Positions 59,575-64,000 of a DNA stretch of 64,000 bases are shown piece after piece. Numbering within the stretch: position 1 is the first letter of the stretch; the number at the start of each line of letters is the position of its first letter. The stretch covers positions 1 through 64,000 of IMG/VR virus record IMGVR_UViG_3300040801_002079; one strand, given 5' to 3'. A program made the translations under genes and the position numbers. The notes below the pieces were generated by a model that saw only the letters and a list, made by a program, of their open reading frames with translations, searched no databases and was not told the origin of the DNA.

Positions 59575-61916
59575 GATATTATTTATTCGTTAAATTAATT
59601 AGGGGTTTGGGTTTGAAAACCGAAATATCGTTTTGATATTATCCCCCAAAATACTTGATTACAACCTTCAATGCTTCTTCTTGTGTTAAACCATCGAAGT
59701 AATCCTTCGCTTCGTGCTCGGGTAAGTTAGGGAGTCGTTCAATTAGATCAGCCTGTTGTTCTTGTACAATGTCCAAAGCATCTTTAAGTGTGAACAAAGT
59801 GATCTTATCAAAGAGTTCCCCCACCTCGTCATTCCATTCAATCGGGATATTAATCGGCATCCAACTTCTCCATTTTCTTCTTCAGTCGCTTCATCTCTTT
59901 TTCAAGCTTTTCTTTTTCAGAGAGTTTAGCATTGTTCAGTCGCTTTTCTTTCTCTGCTTCGATTTCATCCCTGTTATTATCATACCATTCATCGTAGGAT
60001 GCAAGCTTTTTCAGATATTCCTTGTTACGCTCAATGAACGCTATATTAGCTTCGTCGGCATATAATATCGCAACGGGCACATGAGAGTCATAGTCGTACT
60101 CTTGCTCTATGGTGATATTGGAGAAATTGAGATATTCGGTAATCTCATCGTTAGAGTACTTATTGCGCTCCAGAAGTGAACGCATTTCATTGAGAATCTC
60201 AGCAAGTGTGTAACATGAGCACTGAAGCGAATACTCAATGTTCTTCTTCCGTCGAGGCTTGCTTGGCTTATTGCGAAGTTTCATCATTCTTCCAACTGGT
60301 CGTATTCTACACCTTCCATGGAGAAATACTCAAGGTATTCATCTTCTCGTTCCAATTCCCAGTCAACCGTTGGAAAGGTTTTTTCCATTTGCTCGTCACT
60401 GGGGTACTGACTGGATTCAACGAAAAAGAAATCCTGTCCGTGTCGGTGATGATAGACTGCTAACCATTTAGACATCTTCTTTATCCTCTAGCTGTTGATT
60501 CAGGTAACAATCGCAACTTTCGGGTACACGGCAGTCACCGATCAACCGAATACGCTTCTCACCATCAACCCATTCCTCAATAAAAATACAACCGAATGGA
60601 CAGGGCTGACCCTCCTGTCCATTATAGGGTAATGGTCGAACGTCATTCATCCTTTGCTACCGGAAGATTGACGGGCATCCAAGTCGTGCGTCCCATAGCA
60701 GAAATGTTGTTGGTAACCCACAGGGTCCCATCTGCACACAATGCTACAACTTTTCCGTCTCCCAGATGGGTAAGGCTGATAATACGATTGGTTAAGAGTT
60801 CCATGGTAGTGCTCCGTTTAGTTAATAAACGTATAATACCTTAAAACCTGTCATGTGTCAAATAAACTAATGCGAAACATCCCGCTAAAGCAAGCATAAT
60901 GACAAATCCTTCACTAGCTCCTTTTTCACTTAATGCAAGACATGCAATCAAGATCAAAATAAACATGGTTATAAAGGATAGTCCGTCAGCTAATGTTTTC
61001 AAGGTTTTCATTGACTTTATCCAGTAAGGATGCTGCAATACCCAGACCAACAAGTGTGAGTCCAAGGATGGTTACTGCCAGTGCTCCGATAATGATGATA
61101 ATGTTCATAGTCTTTCCTTTAAAATGAAGGGAGAGGTGAGCGACCAGAATCTTGCTGCTTCTGATTGGGCGGTTTTAGCTTATCTTTGTGCTGGGATGCC
61201 TTACATCCTCATGTGCAGACACCCACCTCTCTACCACGGATCAGTACGGTAAATCTCCTTCGATCAATCCATCTTGAATCATGGCTGCGGCTTGGCGACC
61301 AAACCACCCCTGAAGTTCCCATGCAGCACCCGTATCGACCAGATACTGCCATGCATCGTAGAACTGATCATCAGATTCTGCTTCTTGCTGTCCTTCAGCA
61401 ATCATGACTGCTGTATATTGATCCATTATCTTTTCCTTTTTTGGGGTAAACTTGCTCTACCATTTTCCAACTAACACCGTCATGTGACACCCATTTACAC
61501 ACGGACCCATCAGATTCATAGGTTTTTTTATGGTATGGGTAACTCTCCATAATTGCTTCTCCGTGTTGTTGATGTTATTATAACATTATTGACGGGATTT
61601 CACAACAACTGTGTATTCATTTTCCTCGTCAAAAACCGTGTATTCCCCACTGAGTGAATCACCCACTTCAGTGCACGATACTTCCACACCCTCGGGAGTG
61701 AACAACACACCCTGAGACCATGCAGGAGGAGTGAATTCTTCAATGAAGTCATATTCACTGGCAATCAGTTGAATGGCAACACGCATACCGTCAGGAAACG
61801 TGACTTCACGATCATAGTAAACTTCTCCGTTACCGTGACCGGGATCGTGCTCACAAAGATCATCCATCGCATCCAACATGGCTTTGTCGATAAACATTTC
61901 TTCTGTGTATCTCATG

Positions 61917-62396
61917 TCAGTCCTCTGCTGCTTCTTTCCAGTAGAAATAACTGGGTCCAATGATGCTACTATTATCCCCATGAGTGTAGGTGTCTGTCAA
62001 GCTAGCGAACAGGTGCTCGACATCATCTTCCATTCCAAACAACTTGAGTGATTTGAGAATTCGTGTTATTCTGAGAAAGTTATGATTCTCGGGAGTCACC
62101 CACCATTTGTCCATTATATCATAATTCCCTAATTGATAGAAGTTGAACATTCGGGCATACATGTTGGTTATGTTCAAAATGCACGTTGTCGATTCTCGAA
62201 CAGCTTCAATGGTCTCTTTGTCCAGTGTTGGAGCATTGACATTGAACGCACTCGGTGTTGTTAATGGAAACACCCACTGGATGTAATCATGAACATACTC
62301 TAGTTGGGCATCTTCCCATTCGATGATATCATTAAACCATCTTCCGTGAGTATCGAAAACATTACCTTTCAGGAATAAATGGAGGCGTTCGTTCAT
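61917..62396 (-). CDS. OGFr N-terminal domain-like protein
   Basis: LEYVHDYIQWVFP, NHNFLRITRILKSLKLFG. Confidence 0.85.
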   Translation of the reverse strand: MNERLHLFLKGNVFDTHGRWFNDIIEWEDAQLEYVHDYIQWVFPLTTPSAFNVNAPTLDKETIEAVRESTTCILNITNMYARMFNFYQLGNYDIMDKWWVTPENHNFLRITRILKSLKLFGMEDDVEHLFASLTDTYTHGDNSSIIGPSYFYWKEAAED

Positions 62397-62575
62397 GCTA
62401 CTTTCTTCTCCACGTAGCGATCATTCCATGCTCGTAAGGCATCAAGTTCATTCGGACGCTTTGGTCCTTTGGTTTCACATGATACACAGTATACCTGCTT
62501 GTTGAAGCTATTACCATATATCAGCATGTGGTTACATCCACAAAAGGGGCATGGTTTGATGTTCGGGTGTGGCAT
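62393..62575 (-). CDS. Lar-family (restriction alleviation-like) zinc finger protein
   Basis: KPCPFCG...CVSCETKGP...AWNDR; AAGGAG RBS. Confidence 0.75.
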   Translation of the reverse strand: MPHPNIKPCPFCGCNHMLIYGNSFNKQVYCVSCETKGPKRPNELDALRAWNDRYVEKKVA

Positions 62576-62585
62576 GACTTTCTCC

Positions 62586-63125
62586 TTAACTTCCAAAGTA
62601 GGCTTCGATGACCACACCGTCAGGCGTTTTAATAGGATCACTCAGTCCTTCAAAGAATGGACGCGGATCACACCGATCAATCAGTTTCAGCATTTCAGCA
62701 AATGTCGTGTCTTTTGACATCTGGCTCTTCACACCATGAATGTCCATAACCCAACTGCTTTCAGGATGAACCTTCTTCAGGGGGCGAACCTCGTAATCAA
62801 CACTGATTGCAAAGTTCTTCAGTTCCAACTCTCTGGTAAGTTCGTAGTTGGCATCTCGAACCTTCTCTTCAATCTGATTCTTTCTGATGCGCTTAACGGC
62901 ACCAACAATCAGTTTCTTGAAGGTAAGGCGGGCATCATACCAGTAGTTATGTTCGATGTCGGGATGACTTCCCGGAGTGCGGCTGATCAGTTCCATGACT
63001 TGATCAGTATCTTCGTACAGGGGACCAACCACTTGACGAACTTCGTCCTCTGTCACAACCATCATGGCAAAGGAATCATTCTTGTGATACTGGCTCAGGT
63101 ACTCAACTGCTGCTTCGTAGTTCAT
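62586..63125 (-). CDS. Hypothetical protein
   Basis: GGAG RBS, 179 aa. Confidence 0.6.
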   Translation of the reverse strand: MNYEAAVEYLSQYHKNDSFAMMVVTEDEVRQVVGPLYEDTDQVMELISRTPGSHPDIEHNYWYDARLTFKKLIVGAVKRIRKNQIEEKVRDANYELTRELELKNFAISVDYEVRPLKKVHPESSWVMDIHGVKSQMSKDTTFAEMLKLIDRCDPRPFFEGLSDPIKTPDGVVIEAYFGS

Positions 63126-64000
63126 TACAAATCTCCGTGGTTTGTACTATGAGTACATTATACATTACTCAGCGGATTTTTGCAACTCCCTTACCATGCG
63201 AAAGTTCTTATCTTCCATTTTGAGCAGGGCTTCACGATGATAAGAGGAACCGTCAATAGCACGTTGATGAACAAATGCTGCTGCTTCCAAATCTGTGTTG
63301 AATTCGGTATCCTCATCCCACCGCTGCAAGTCATACCATCCGTTAGGAATGTAGTGACTTCCCTCACAGCATGAAATGCACCATCCTTCTTTCCGTGCTT
63401 GGGTATCGTCAAAACCTTTCATTTTGTCTTTCCTGTGATAAAATAGGCAAGGGGTCCTTCAGCATGTAGATGCTTCAGGTCATCCTCATCAAGAGGAGTA
63501 AGAGGATTATAGCACAAATGGTGGTATTTTGCAACACACCACCGTGTGAAACGATAGCGTGATCCCACCCAGAATAGAACCCCACTAGTAATATAGTGGA
63601 TTTTTTGCAAGAATGTTATCATCTTCTTTGAACTCCTGTGCCCAGTCTTGTTCATCGGCTTCGATAACGTCATCCCACCCATGGAGGTGTGCATGAAGTT
63701 CTGCTTGTTTACGGATAGAATCCATGTCGAGATTGTCATCATCAATGTCAACAGTTTTCTTCTTGATGGTGGTTTCCATCTTGTAGTAAGTCATTTTCAT
63801 TTTTCTTTGTAGTCCCCTACAGAAATGTTTGCTCGTGGCGTGTGGTCCATGTCAACAATGTAATCAGCTAACCGTTTTGACATGTCTTTCAACTCAAACC
63901 GTGCAACGCGAAAATCACTTCGAAGATTTTCCAACACAACTTCAATGTCAGCAATCAGTGCGGCAGCATCCGGATTATTAGATGCGTAGGCTTGTACTTG

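Larger units (their letters stand above)
56855..63800 (-). other. Block of small - strand hypothetical ORFs, early-gene-like
   Basis: Contiguous ORFs with strong SD motifs and sigma70 promoters; visibly higher GC in parts. Confidence 0.65.

Overview
Segment of a large, AT-rich tailed-phage genome (jumbo/T4-like biology: T4-type late promoters nATAAATA, ATP-dependent DNA ligase, Rnl2-type RNA ligase, GIY-YIG and HNH homing endonucleases, GH24 lysozyme, two tRNAs, sigma70 early promoters; standard genetic code). 0.2-22 kb: two divergent clusters of putative virion surface proteins (LamG lectin domains, beta-helix adhesins, DUF285 repeats, six proteins with mucin-like Thr/Pro/Val stalks) flanking three glycosyltransferase-like genes. 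22-46 kb: lysis, tRNA, nucleotide and RNA metabolism genes (guaC, dATP/dGTP diphosphohydrolase, DEDDh exonuclease, radical SAM, GP88, papain-like protease, DUF2828 TROVE/vWA Ro60-like protein). 42-56 kb: dense + strand small ORFs. 56.1-56.8 kb: non-coding convergence zone with short repeats. 56.8-64 kb: - strand small early-type genes with a duplicated promoter cassette. Best candidate for an undescribed system: three covarying RNA hairpins (40249-40434, - strand), each with an invariant ACAGCAA and a variable interior (two fold like anticodon stem-loops), lying between a consensus stable-RNA-type promoter and the TROVE/vWA gene. Second: mucin-like virion stalks next to phage glycosyltransferases. 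All product calls come from motif recognition by eye; no database searches or folding programs were run.
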